Part shown: positions 9,526 through 18,647 of the stretch, piece by piece | Layout: every line of letters begins with the position of its first letter | Numbering within the stretch: position 1 is the first letter of the stretch | Assembly (NCBI GenBank): GCA_002254405.1 | Contig: NJDH01000003.1 | Span: forward strand, 5,080-69,079 | Direction: 5' to 3' | Length of the DNA: 64,000 bases | DNA from: Candidatus Altiarchaeales archaeon ex4484_96 | Lineage (GTDB): Archaea > Altiarchaeota > Altiarchaeia > IMC4 > QMZM01 | Program-made: the position numbers and the translations under genes | The notes under the pieces: model-generated | What the model was told of the DNA's origin: nothing | Seen by the model: the letters and a program-made list of their open reading frames with translations, nothing else | The model's database searches: none

Positions 9526-9946
9526 CCGCTAAGTATATGAAAAGTATTATCGTCGCCGACATAACGGTTAATCCAATCCCCAGTTCCACCCCGAGTATTG
9601 AGAGTGCCGTTGTCTCGTGGGCGTCAACAGGCAGGGGCAAGCTATCGTATTGCAGGTATTTGCCCCCGGAAAGCATATCCATTAAACCAATCCCTGAATA
9701 TATCAATACTCCTAGGCTTATGAGGATTATGAGGTGCTTTTTTGATACCCGTTTTTTTGCTTTAGACAGGCCGTATACTATGCCATATAATATCATGCTT
9801 GTTCCAAGAATCACCCCGCCCTGGAATCCCCCGCCGGGTGATGTTTCCCCGTGCACTATTACGTAGATGCCGAATAATTGGATGAATGGAATCATTATCC
9901 TTGATATTGTTCTGGCTACCAGAGATTCCACTTCTTTTTCACCCAT
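9491..9946 (-). CDS. MrpB C-terminal portion (MbhF-like)
   Basis: PFIQLFGIYVIVHGETSPGGGFQGGVILG matches the conserved MrpB/MnhB C-terminal motif. Confidence 0.7.
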   Translation of the reverse strand: MGEKEVESLVARTISRIMIPFIQLFGIYVIVHGETSPGGGFQGGVILGTSMILYGIVYGLSKAKKRVSKKHLIILISLGVLIYSGIGLMDMLSGGKYLQYDSLPLPVDAHETTALSILGVELGIGLTVMSATIILFIYLAGERIGAGMDNW

Positions 9947-10223
9947 TATTCCACCTCATAAACAATATCATCACCGCTATCCCTGCCGTGAATATGACTG
10001 TTGTCTCCCCTAGGGTATCGTATCCCCTGTAGTTGGCTAGTATTGCTGTTACAATGTTTGGGGCTCCGCCTTCTGTTTCTGAGTTATTTATGTATCTTGG
10101 TATTACGTGTTTGTTTGCTGGGTTATCCGGGTCACCGAAGCTGGGCATGTCCTCTACCACGTATATCAGGATGGCGCTCACGGCCAAAAGCGACATCAGC
10201 GAAGCGTATTTGATTTTAGTCAT
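9939..10223 (-). CDS. MrpB core portion (MbhE-like)
   Basis: NIVTAILANYRGYDTLGETTVIFTAGIAV matches the MnhB signature. Confidence 0.7.
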   Translation of the reverse strand: MTKIKYASLMSLLAVSAILIYVVEDMPSFGDPDNPANKHVIPRYINNSETEGGAPNIVTAILANYRGYDTLGETTVIFTAGIAVMILFMRWNNG

Positions 10224-10471
10224 TTCTCTTCCATCACCATTGTTTTAGATAATGCTGCTATGAAAAGGAAGGTCGTCACCCCGGCTCCTACCGCGGCTTC
10301 GGTGAACGCGACATCAGGGGAGTTGAGCACCACCCAAGTTAATGCCATGATGAGGCTGTATCCGGACAGCAGTATTGTGGCGCTTAATAGGTTTTTCATC
10401 CTTATGGCGGCATAGGATATTAATACCAGAAAAACCAGCAGTATGAAATCTATTTCTATCGGAGAGTTCAT
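10220..10471 (-). CDS. DUF4040/MrpB N-terminal-like small membrane protein (MbhD-like)
   Basis: DVAFTEAAVGAGVTTFLF motif, with position between mrpG and mrpB as in Mbh clusters. Confidence 0.6.
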   Translation of the reverse strand: MNSPIEIDFILLVFLVLISYAAIRMKNLLSATILLSGYSLIMALTWVVLNSPDVAFTEAAVGAGVTTFLFIAALSKTMVMEEK

Positions 10472-10785
10472 CCGTCCACCTCCCTTACCCAGGGCTTAAC
10501 TCCTTTGTTGTATACTGCCCTGGATATCGTATGTGTTGCCACCGGGGATGTGAGCATTATGAATATCATCATTATGAGAAGCTTTGCTGTTGTGGTTGAT
10601 ATGCCAGAATATAATCCAAGCCCGAGCAATATTAGGCTTGCTCCTAGGGTGTCTCCTTTCCCGGTCGCATGAAGTCGGGTGTAGAGGTCTGGGAATCTAA
10701 GCAATCCTATGGTGGCGGTTATGAAAAAAAACAACCCCCCGGCAAGAAACAATACCGTCACCCCATCCATAATACAATCCATCAT
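10468..10785 (-). CDS. mrpG: Mrp antiporter subunit G
   Basis: RLHATGKGDTLGASLILLGL motif typical of MnhG. Confidence 0.75.
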   Translation of the reverse strand: MMDCIMDGVTVLFLAGGLFFFITATIGLLRFPDLYTRLHATGKGDTLGASLILLGLGLYSGISTTTAKLLIMMIFIMLTSPVATHTISRAVYNKGVKPWVREVDG

Positions 10786-10788
10786 TTC

Positions 10789-11052
10789 CTATAATCCCCC
10801 GAACTCTATTTGTTTAGATAGTGCCACCGTTAATATGAAATTAAATAGCGCGTATACTATTGCGACATCGACAAAATAGAGGCTGTCAAACAGGTAGCCT
10901 ATGAGCACCACTATTATGATTGTTTTAGTGCCTACTACGTTTATGGCTATCGCCCTGTCCCATGGTTCGGGTCCTACTATCGCCCGGTAGAGGCAGAGCA
11001 GGGTGGTGGCCAGCAGGCATAATGTTGTGTACTCGAATATTTCTTGCATCAT
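10789..11052 (-). CDS. mrpF: Mrp antiporter subunit F
   Basis: 87-aa 3-TM protein in the expected position and of the expected size for MnhF. Confidence 0.6.
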   Translation of the reverse strand: MMQEIFEYTTLCLLATTLLCLYRAIVGPEPWDRAIAINVVGTKTIIIVVLIGYLFDSLYFVDVAIVYALFNFILTVALSKQIEFGGL

Positions 11053-11540
11053 GTTTCGTCCTCAAATATCTCCACCAATCTGGTTCTCATCGTGCCATCT
11101 AATAGCTCCTGCGCCGATTTATCCGATAGTGAGTGGACAAAATACCTGTTTTTCTTTACGTCTATGGTTATTGTCCCGGGTGTGAGTGTTATTGAGTTGG
11201 CGAGTGTTGTTTTCCCTATATCCCCTTTAAGCTGCGTATCGAATTCTATAATCTTGGGGTTGATGGGCATGCTGGGATGTAAAACCCGATACGCTACATC
11301 CAGGTTGGCGAGTATTATGCTGTATCCCAGGTAAATCAGGTATTTGAGGGCTTGGATTATTTTTTTTAGTGAGGTGTTTGTTTTATCTTCTGCTATCAGT
11401 AAATCGCTGGAGTAGTACGCTACGAGCAGACTACCGATTACTCCGGCGCTGATATGCAGTAAGTCGATTCTTGCGGACAGCAGCATCCAGAATAACACCA
11501 TGATTGCGAATGTTAGAGTAAAGGGCTTTATCTTTACCAT
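11049..11540 (-). CDS. mrpE: Mrp antiporter subunit E
   Basis: 163 aa with N-terminal TM segments. It is the first gene of the cluster, as in Mbh/Mrp (E-F-G-B-C-D order). Confidence 0.6.
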   Translation of the reverse strand: MVKIKPFTLTFAIMVLFWMLLSARIDLLHISAGVIGSLLVAYYSSDLLIAEDKTNTSLKKIIQALKYLIYLGYSIILANLDVAYRVLHPSMPINPKIIEFDTQLKGDIGKTTLANSITLTPGTITIDVKKNRYFVHSLSDKSAQELLDGTMRTRLVEIFEDET

Positions 11541-11627
11541 TTTTATTACTTCATTTACTATAATTGAGTTATAATTATCTGTAACTATAATTAATTATAA
11601 TGATAAATTAAATCAATAATATCTACG
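11541..11627. promoter_or_regulatory. AT-rich divergent intergenic region between the mrp cluster (minus) and atpI (plus). It is expected to carry the two promoters
   Basis: ttttattacttcatttactataattgagttataattatctgtaactataattaattataatgataaatt contains several TATA-like hexamers on both strands. Confidence 0.4.
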
Positions 11628-13646
11628 ATGTTCAAACCAGTGTCCATGAAGAAGGTTCGATTGGGGGTCTTAGACCGCTACGTTGAGGATGTCATGCGTG
11701 AACTCAGCAAAATGGGGGTCGTTCATATATTGGATATAAAGGACACCAAAATAGAGGTGGAGCAGGAACCCATGGATTCTGAGCAATGTACTGAGCTTTT
11801 ACGCAGGATAAACCATGTTATTGATTTACTGGGCATAACAGAAGAACACGACGCCTTTGGCGAGCTAAAAATCATTGAAGACAAGATTGCGGTAACCGAG
11901 AAATCCTCAACCGAGCAGTTATCGGGGGTGGCAGATAAATTCCAAAAAATCGAAGCCAAAACTCTTGCTGCAAACGATAAGCTCATTGAGTTATCTGCTA
12001 GAGAAGAGGAAATCAAAGGCGATATCGAGCGGCTTAGGGTGCTTAAGGCTGTTGACTTAAAAGCTGATTGGGTTGGGGCTTCAGGGATGCTGGTTACATT
12101 ATCCGGTCTTCTTGCACCAGAGTACCGATCTAAACTGGTTGCGAAACTGGATGAAGCCTTCGGGAAGGAGTATATCTTTCATGCCTCAAAGCAGAATATC
12201 GGCGGTCTCATACCCTCTGTCGTTTCAACTCTGATAGAAAACACAGATAAACTGGATGAGCTAATATCTGGCATTGATTTCAGGCCCGTTGCATTAAAAG
12301 GTTACGTGGGCGACCCCGTTAGAGCCATAGATGAGTTAAACACAGAGCTTGATGACATAAAAAAGGAGAAGGAGAAACTAACGGCAGGGCTTAGAAGTCG
12401 AAGCGAACAATACAGGATTGATTTGCTGGTTATGCGAGAGCTTGTTTTAATAGAGAAAAACATAGATGACGCCGAGAACCTGCTGGGTAAAACAAAAAGG
12501 GTTTATGTTTTGCAGGGCTGGGTTCCTGAAAGAAGCATACAGGATATTTTGCGCAGGATAAGAAAGATAACAGATGAGAATGTGTTCATCAGGGTCGAGA
12601 ACCCAAAGGAAGATGATAGGGTTCCAACCTTTTTGGATAATCCCAGCGTTTTCAAGCCTTTTGAGGTTATTACCTCCACATTTGGCTTACCTTCATATAA
12701 TGAGCTGGATCCCACCCCTGTTCTGGCTTTGACTTTCCCCTTCATATATGGTTTGATGTTCGGGGATGTAGGACATGGTTTCATGGTGGGGTTGATTGGC
12801 TTGATTCTTTTTTCCATGGCCAGTAAGGGCACTAGGGATCTGGGTTTTGTTTTAACCGTTTCTGGTTTGTCTGCGATGGTTTTCGGCGTATTGTATGGTG
12901 ATTTTTTCGGTTTACATGGTATAATTCATCCGGTCTGGACATCACCTCTTGAGGCTCCTACGACCCTGTTGTTGTTTATTTTTGGCGTGGGGATGGTTCA
13001 CATCGGTCTTGGTTTGTTTATGGATGTGGTGAAGCTTCTGGCTAAGGGGGAATTACTTCATGCGTTGTTTGAGCCGATAACCAAGCTCTGGCTTTACTAT
13101 GGTACGGTTGCTTTTGGTTTAATGAGTTTCCAGTCTTATGGGATGGACGTAATAAGCTGGGTGGGGAATATGGCTTTCCTGCCTCTTATTGTGCTGCCTC
13201 TTGTGGTTCTTGCATTCTCGGGGGTTCTGGTTCATCTGCCCAGGATTGATGTGAGCAAAATCGGGGCTCAACTGGCTGAGGGGGGCTTTGAGGCGTTTGA
13301 CACGGTTTTGATTTTTCTTTCGAATACCTTATCCTATGGCCGTATGTTTGCCTTGTTGCTTGTTCATGCCGGGCTTTTTGTTGCCTTGTTCAGTGTTGTG
13401 GGGACGTTTACGGGCATAAATCATCATAATCTGGTTTTGGGTGAGATGGTTTCTGTTGAGGGTATTATATGGTTTGTTTTTATTTTTATCGGCACTTTTT
13501 TGATTATTGGATTGGAGGGTCTTATTGTTTTCCTGCACACTCTGAGGCTTCACTATTATGAGTGGTTCACGAAGTTTTTTGACGCGGAGGGAAATAAATA
13601 TCAGCCATTCACAATAAAAAGAATATATACTCTGATTGGACGATAA
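11628..13646 (+). CDS. atpI: A-type ATP synthase subunit I (a-subunit of the V/A-ATPase family)
   Basis: 672 aa with an N-terminal soluble coiled-coil region and C-terminal TM helices. The essential Arg motif LSYGRMFALLLVHAGL matches the subunit-a consensus LSYxRLxALxLAH. Confidence 0.85.
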   Translation: MFKPVSMKKVRLGVLDRYVEDVMRELSKMGVVHILDIKDTKIEVEQEPMDSEQCTELLRRINHVIDLLGITEEHDAFGELKIIEDKIAVTEKSSTEQLSGVADKFQKIEAKTLAANDKLIELSAREEEIKGDIERLRVLKAVDLKADWVGASGMLVTLSGLLAPEYRSKLVAKLDEAFGKEYIFHASKQNIGGLIPSVVSTLIENTDKLDELISGIDFRPVALKGYVGDPVRAIDELNTELDDIKKEKEKLTAGLRSRSEQYRIDLLVMRELVLIEKNIDDAENLLGKTKRVYVLQGWVPERSIQDILRRIRKITDENVFIRVENPKEDDRVPTFLDNPSVFKPFEVITSTFGLPSYNELDPTPVLALTFPFIYGLMFGDVGHGFMVGLIGLILFSMASKGTRDLGFVLTVSGLSAMVFGVLYGDFFGLHGIIHPVWTSPLEAPTTLLLFIFGVGMVHIGLGLFMDVVKLLAKGELLHALFEPITKLWLYYGTVAFGLMSFQSYGMDVISWVGNMAFLPLIVLPLVVLAFSGVLVHLPRIDVSKIGAQLAEGGFEAFDTVLIFLSNTLSYGRMFALLLVHAGLFVALFSVVGTFTGINHHNLVLGEMVSVEGIIWFVFIFIGTFLIIGLEGLIVFLHTLRLHYYEWFTKFFDAEGNKYQPFTIKRIYTLIGR

Positions 13647-13660
13647 TACACAATTTTATT

Positions 13661-13717
13661 CGATTAATATTTTAAAAAAACATAATATTTTAAACAAATA
13701 GAGGTGAACGACAAAAA
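13661..13717 (+). promoter_or_regulatory. Candidate promoter/5'UTR of atpK, with a TATA-like element atattttaaa and a Shine-Dalgarno gaggtga 10 nt upstream of the ATG
   Basis: Seen in sequence at 13685-13707. Confidence 0.35.
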
Positions 13718-14023
13718 ATGAAGCTAGGAAAGATATTGATGGCATGCACTACACTGCTTTTGCTAGCGGGGATAGTCGCAGCGCAAGAAAACACGGAATC
13801 AGCAACACCATCAGGTAAAGAGATGGCAGCCGCATTGGCTATCGGTGTTGCAGCTCTCGGAGCCGGATACGGTGTTGGCGTAGCAGGCTCGGCTTCGGTT
13901 GGAGCCATAGCAGAGAAACCCGAGGTTTTCGGCAGAGCACTTGTGTTTGTGGCCTTCGCAGAGACAATAGCCATATACGGACTATTGGTTGCTTTAATGA
14001 TACTCTTCGGAATAGGTGCCTGA
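13718..14023 (+). CDS. atpK: A-type ATP synthase proteolipid subunit K (c-subunit)
   Basis: GxGxGxG-rich hairpin with the ion-binding Glu in AFAETIAIYGL. 101 aa, including an extra N-terminal hydrophobic segment. Confidence 0.85.
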   Translation: MKLGKILMACTTLLLLAGIVAAQENTESATPSGKEMAAALAIGVAALGAGYGVGVAGSASVGAIAEKPEVFGRALVFVAFAETIAIYGLLVALMILFGIGA

Positions 14024-14048
14024 TGCATCCTTTCAACAAAATAAAGAT

Positions 14049-14087
14049 GCGCAGATAGTATTTATTCTGCGCAGTCTTGTTTTTATT
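14049..14087 (+). terminator. 7-bp stem-loop (GCGCAGA..TCTGCGC, 10-nt loop) followed by a TTTTTATT tract, lying between atpK and atpC. It could be an intra-operon terminator/attenuator
   Basis: gcgcagatagtatttattctgcgc at 14049-14072, T-tract at 14080-14087. Confidence 0.4.
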
Positions 14088-14106
14088 ACCTAGATTTGGT
14101 GAGAAC

Positions 14107-15132
14107 ATGAGTATCGCGCAAATAAAAAATTATGCTTACGCCAACGCCCGCATAAGGGCCATGAAAAGCAATCTGTTATCCAAAGCCGATTTAGAGAGGG
14201 CTTGCAGGCTTGAGGATTTAAGCAGCTTCATGGGTTTTCTGGAAGAGCACAGTTATCCGGAGCTCTTTGACATAAAAAAACACACCCAGAAGGTGGTTGA
14301 ACATGCGTTACACACCCATCTTGTGAATAACTCAAACAAAATTTATTCACTCACCCATGATAGAGCCAAGCCTTTTATGGGTGCTAGAACAAACAGAAAC
14401 GAAATCAACGCCATAAAGGGTATAATAAACTCTAAACCCCAGAACAGGGAACCATTTAAGGTTCTTTTATCCAGGAAGATGGCCAACGGTTTCAGCCGGG
14501 TAAAAGATGCTAATGACATGGAGAAGCTGGTGACCGGTTTCAAGGGGACAAAATACGAGAAAATACTGGAGTCTGTATCAGAGGATTATGCGAAAACAAA
14601 CAATATTTTCCTCTACAGCATTATGCTGGATAAACACCACTTTAGCCTACTCTATGAAACCATGAATCTGCTTGATTCATCCGATAAAAGCAAAGCACGA
14701 GATATCATCGGATTAGAGGTCGATACCTTAAACATCTCAACTGTTTTCAGAACCCTTGGCATGGAGAACTCAGCTGATTATATCATACCCCACTATCATA
14801 AACTACGCAGGCAGTTGATTGATGAGTGTTTGAGGTGCAAGGATGTGGCTGATGTTGTCTCCAAAATGTCTGATACTCAATACGGTGAATTATTGGGTAA
14901 TGGCTTATCTGTTTACGAGAAAACAGGCAGTGTTTTTATCTTTGAGCGGGTGCTGAAAGAAAATCTTTTGCTTGCTAACAGGATGCTTCTTGTAAAAAAC
15001 ATATTCAATATCGGCGTTTTGCTTGCGTTTCTTAACATAAAAGAGGCTGAGATACTGAATCTGCGCAGAATAGCTGTTGGACTGAACCATAAGCTGCCGG
15101 CAGAGGAAATCAAGGATCTTGTTGTTTACTGA
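14107..15132 (+). CDS. atpC: A-type ATP synthase subunit C (V-ATPase d-subunit family). The start was moved from the listed 14077 to the Met following the T-tract
   Basis: N-terminus MSIAQIKNYAYANARIRAMKSNLL matches the YAYxNARIRAMKSxLL start of the AtpC/V0-d family. About 340 aa. Confidence 0.7.
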   Translation: MSIAQIKNYAYANARIRAMKSNLLSKADLERACRLEDLSSFMGFLEEHSYPELFDIKKHTQKVVEHALHTHLVNNSNKIYSLTHDRAKPFMGARTNRNEINAIKGIINSKPQNREPFKVLLSRKMANGFSRVKDANDMEKLVTGFKGTKYEKILESVSEDYAKTNNIFLYSIMLDKHHFSLLYETMNLLDSSDKSKARDIIGLEVDTLNISTVFRTLGMENSADYIIPHYHKLRRQLIDECLRCKDVADVVSKMSDTQYGELLGNGLSVYEKTGSVFIFERVLKENLLLANRMLLVKNIFNIGVLLAFLNIKEAEILNLRRIAVGLNHKLPAEEIKDLVVY

Positions 15133-15334
15133 ATCTTTTTGTTGTCCTATACAGGAAGTATATCAACCCAAGGGTTGCTCCCATAAACATGCCCAGGGCT
15201 TTAGCGATTTCGTTAAATAATCCCCCCACCAGATACCCCACCGCTATCAGGATGATTACTGCGCCAGCCAGCTCCACCGCATAAGGCAGGGAGCTGATTA
15301 TTATTGTTTTGTCGAATTTGATTTTTTTCACCAT
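15110..15334 (-). CDS. Small 2-TM membrane protein, function unknown
   Basis: 74-aa ORF with two hydrophobic helices, tightly placed upstream of carS on the same strand. Confidence 0.3.
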   Translation of the reverse strand: MVKKIKFDKTIIISSLPYAVELAGAVIILIAVGYLVGGLFNEIAKALGMFMGATLGLIYFLYRTTKRFSKQQDP

Positions 15335-15906
15335 GGTTTTTTCTTCATCTTAAGAGCCCATGCCATGATATTACCAAGAACATGTATTGCGGGGGTTATG
15401 AATATCAGAACATAAAAGCGCGGATAGTCTATTTCACCTAAGAGAAACCATGAGGCCAGCACAGCACCTAAAACGAAATCAAGCTGGTCGAGCAGGGGAG
15501 CCGGGTGCCCTCTTTTTAGACTGGATTGTCTTTTAATAAAGCTTGCGACCATATCCCCTAAAAGCGCCCCCAAGCTGAGAATAAAAGCCAGTTCCACGCT
15601 CATATGAGGTAGTGTTAGCTGGGGTTCATGAAGTATTGACCTCAGAAACAACATGGCTTTTAGGTGAGTATTTTGTTGTATGAATCCCGCTATCGTACCG
15701 CCTGCTACCCCAAAAAACAAACCCCTCCATGTTTTTCCATCCCCCAGTATCCTATGACCCAATAACTTTCTGTTCCCGTCTATTGGTTTCCCCATCCACT
15801 CTAGTTCCTTTATTTTTGAGACATTAACAGGAAGCGAATTAGCAAAATAAGCCGGCAGAATAAACCATGAGGCATCTATTATCCTGATTCCCGTATCCAG
15901 AAACAT
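15328..15906 (-). CDS. carS: CDP-archaeol synthase (CDP-2,3-bis-O-geranylgeranyl-sn-glycerol synthase)
   Basis: PIDGNRKLLGHRILGDGKTWRG and KRGHPAPLLDQLDF motifs typical of CarS/DUF46. 192 aa, polytopic. Confidence 0.75.
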   Translation of the reverse strand: MFLDTGIRIIDASWFILPAYFANSLPVNVSKIKELEWMGKPIDGNRKLLGHRILGDGKTWRGLFFGVAGGTIAGFIQQNTHLKAMLFLRSILHEPQLTLPHMSVELAFILSLGALLGDMVASFIKRQSSLKRGHPAPLLDQLDFVLGAVLASWFLLGEIDYPRFYVLIFITPAIHVLGNIMAWALKMKKKPW

Positions 15907-15955
15907 TCTCTTTATTGTAATTATGGAATAAAGAGGTTATAACATAAAACATAAA

Positions 15956-17257
15956 CTAGGGAGTTAGTCTGTGCCTGTCCCTCGGGAAGTAAACCACCTC
16001 CCTGATGGATAAATCCAGAAGCTGCATCAGCAGTCTATCGATCCCTAAACCGAACCCACCGTGCGGCGGCATCCCGTACCTGAAGCATTTGAGATAGTAT
16101 TCGAAGTTGTCTGGGTTAAGGTTATGGTAATTGATTCTTGCCTTTAAAAGAACAGGGTCGTGTATTCTCTGGCTCCCGGATGATATCTCCACACCCTTAT
16201 ATCCTAAATCAAAGGACCGGGATATTTTTTTGTCATCGGGCATGGTATAAAATGGTTTGCTTTCGAGGGGGTATTTGGTTATGAAATAAATCTCTGTATT
16301 GTGTTTTTCTTGCATAACTTCCCCGAGCAGTTTTTCCCCTTCAGTGTCTATGTCCTCGCCCCAGGTTATTTTTTTATTTTTTTCGGCTAGTAAATCAAGA
16401 GCTGAATCGTATGTGATTCTTTTTATCGGCAGGGTGGGGTTATTTATTTTTTTATCCAGTATACTAAGCTCTTTCTCACAGCCTGATGCCTCCTTAATCA
16501 TCTCGCAGACAAGTTTCTCCAGCACCCTCATCACGTCTTCCTCGTCTTCTATGAATGCCATCTCCAGGTCCACCGCAGACACCTCGTTTAGATGCCTTCT
16601 GGTGTCATGTTCTTCTGCACGGAAATATGTGGTTGTCTCATAGACTTTGTCTAATCCTGTTGCCATCATCATCTGCTTGTATAGCTGGGGGCTTTGAGCC
16701 AGAAACGCTTCTCTGTCGAAATATGATATCGGGAATAAATCGGTTCCTCCCTCAGATGCTGAGGCGATAATCTTGGGGGAACACATTTCAATAAAACCTT
16801 TTTCTCCAAGATATTCTCTTGCCCTGTTGATTAGTATGCTTCTTATCTTGAAAATAGAGGCTATTTTGGGTTTCCTAAGGTCCATGAACCTGTTGTTTAG
16901 ACGGGTGTCGGTATCGGCTGGCACCTTTCCTGTGACATCAAGCGGCAGGGGGGATTCAGAGGAATTGATTAAAACAATCTTTTCTGGGTTAATCTCCAGC
17001 CCGTTGGGTGCTTTCTGGTTTAATTTAACCCTGCCTTTGACCTGGATAACGGATTCCTTGCTGATTGAGTCAATCACTTCAAGCATTTCATCATCTGTTG
17101 CGCCTTTCTTGGCTGTGACCTGTATGAAGCCTTCTCGGTCTCTTAAAACAAGGAACTTGACTTTCCCCAGATTGCGTTTCTCGTGAACCCACCCACATAA
17201 TAATACTATCTCATCCTCAAGCTTTGATGTTATGTTAGCAGAGTAATGGGTTCTCAT
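15956..17257 (-). CDS. aspS: Aspartyl-tRNA synthetase, archaeal/eukaryotic type
   Basis: 433 aa with an N-terminal OB anticodon-binding domain. The class II motifs include FRAEEHDTRRHLNE and GGFGLGIDRLLM. Confidence 0.9.
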   Translation of the reverse strand: MRTHYSANITSKLEDEIVLLCGWVHEKRNLGKVKFLVLRDREGFIQVTAKKGATDDEMLEVIDSISKESVIQVKGRVKLNQKAPNGLEINPEKIVLINSSESPLPLDVTGKVPADTDTRLNNRFMDLRKPKIASIFKIRSILINRAREYLGEKGFIEMCSPKIIASASEGGTDLFPISYFDREAFLAQSPQLYKQMMMATGLDKVYETTTYFRAEEHDTRRHLNEVSAVDLEMAFIEDEEDVMRVLEKLVCEMIKEASGCEKELSILDKKINNPTLPIKRITYDSALDLLAEKNKKITWGEDIDTEGEKLLGEVMQEKHNTEIYFITKYPLESKPFYTMPDDKKISRSFDLGYKGVEISSGSQRIHDPVLLKARINYHNLNPDNFEYYLKCFRYGMPPHGGFGLGIDRLLMQLLDLSIREVVYFPRDRHRLTP

Positions 17258-17260
17258 CTT

Positions 17261-17749
17261 TCAGGCAAAGACTATTTCCATATTTTCTTCTGTGAGGGAT
17301 TTAATCAGTTTCTCTATTTCGTTGATGTCCATCCTGAGTTTTTTCCTGTCTTTTTTCTCTATCTTCACTCTCTTGATGATGGATCCGTCTGTCTTGTATA
17401 CTTTGTTGACGTTTTTAACCCTTGCTGGGGCGACGAAATCATATAGTATCTCCTCTAGATTGCCTGTTCCGATAACCCTGATTTGTTTGCCTAATGTGTT
17501 GGATAGGTGTCTGATGTTGTCCCCGCCTTTGCCTATGATTTTACCTATGTTTTTTTTGTCTGTTAGGATTATGATAAAGTTTTGGGTGTCGATTGCTCTC
17601 TCAAACCCGATTTCTCCCTCTCCCAGCTCAAAAAGAAGCTTTGATATTTCAACGTCTAATTCGCTTATTTTACCTTCCTGAAGCTTTGACTCGCATTTGT
17701 TGCACAGGACTTTTGTTTTCGCGCATATATCGCATATTGGTAAACTCAT
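17261..17749 (-). CDS. Zn-ribbon plus KH-domain RNA-binding protein
   Basis: N-terminal CDICAKTKVLCNKCE, and a KH GxxG motif in IGKIIGKGGDNIRHL. Confidence 0.5.
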   Translation of the reverse strand: MSLPICDICAKTKVLCNKCESKLQEGKISELDVEISKLLFELGEGEIGFERAIDTQNFIIILTDKKNIGKIIGKGGDNIRHLSNTLGKQIRVIGTGNLEEILYDFVAPARVKNVNKVYKTDGSIIKRVKIEKKDRKKLRMDINEIEKLIKSLTEENMEIVFA

Positions 17750-17801
17750 TTTTTATTTTACAATAAAATAATGCATTAACCTGCTGGGTGGTTTTTTTTT
17801 T

Positions 17802-17987
17802 TTATTCGGTTATTTTGATGCATCCAACAGGGCAGGTTGTCTCACAGGCACGGCATAAAACACAGGTGTCTACGTTTCCCGTAACCTTTGATTTCTCCTC
17901 AACGAGTTCATATAGTGAAACTGGGCAAACATTAACGCATGCTCCACAACCTATACATCGCTCCCGATCGATTTCTATTCTCACCAT
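17802..17987 (-). CDS. 2x[4Fe-4S] ferredoxin
   Basis: CIGCGACVNVCP and CVLCRACETTCP cluster motifs in a 61-aa protein. Confidence 0.75.
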   Translation of the reverse strand: MVRIEIDRERCIGCGACVNVCPVSLYELVEEKSKVTGNVDTCVLCRACETTCPVGCIKITE

Positions 17988-18041
17988 TTTGAACGTGTGG
18001 GTGAAGTATTTTATTTATTTATATTTCATGTTTAAAAAACT

Positions 18042-18605
18042 TCAGCTTATCTTCATCTCAATGTATGGTACAAAAAGATAGTACTTGCTTTCGTTTTTTA
18101 GTTCGTCGATTATTTTTTCCGCTATTATCTTGGTTGGGTCGGGCATGTTTTTAACCCTCTCCTGGAGGTTTTTGAAGTCCTCAAACGGTTTAATCTCTCT
18201 TTCAGTTAATATGTCTTGTCTGTGTCTTTTACCTATTCTGGGTAGTGTCTCAAGCTTATGGAGTCTGGTGCTTATGATACCCGCCGTGTTGAAGAATTCA
18301 ATGTATGCTTTTTCCTTGTCTTTTATTATTTCCATGAGTATTATTTTGAGTTCTGTTTTGGCTGTTGGGGTAAGCCACTCGTATTTGATTCGTCTCTCTA
18401 TGTGGTCTACTTTGTCTCTGGTTCCCTCTCCTATGTAAAGCCTGCTCCCTACTTCGAGTTTCATGTCTTTTCTGGGTGCGAGCTCCAGCAACGAAAAATG
18501 TTTTTCTCCCACCACCTGGGCTATGGGTTTCCTTTTGTGGGGTGGGACCTCTGATTTGCCCATGGGCAGAAAGTCGAGTACGCGAACATATTCGTCCTTT
18601 TTCAT
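18042..18605 (-). CDS. COG1491/DUF655-family predicted nucleic-acid-binding protein (OB fold plus HhH)
   Basis: N-terminus DEYVRVLDFLPMGK is typical of this archaeal family. 187 aa. Confidence 0.6.
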   Translation of the reverse strand: MKKDEYVRVLDFLPMGKSEVPPHKRKPIAQVVGEKHFSLLELAPRKDMKLEVGSRLYIGEGTRDKVDHIERRIKYEWLTPTAKTELKIILMEIIKDKEKAYIEFFNTAGIISTRLHKLETLPRIGKRHRQDILTEREIKPFEDFKNLQERVKNMPDPTKIIAEKIIDELKNESKYYLFVPYIEMKIS

Positions 18606-18647
18606 TTTAATCCTGTTTATTTATTACGAGAACGATAAAATATCAAA

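Noticed and set aside
17749-17802. Long T13 run after the ferredoxin gene as a possible terminator
   Set aside because: The T-run is on the plus strand, whereas both flanking genes are on the minus strand, whose RNA would carry A13. So it is not a terminator for these genes.
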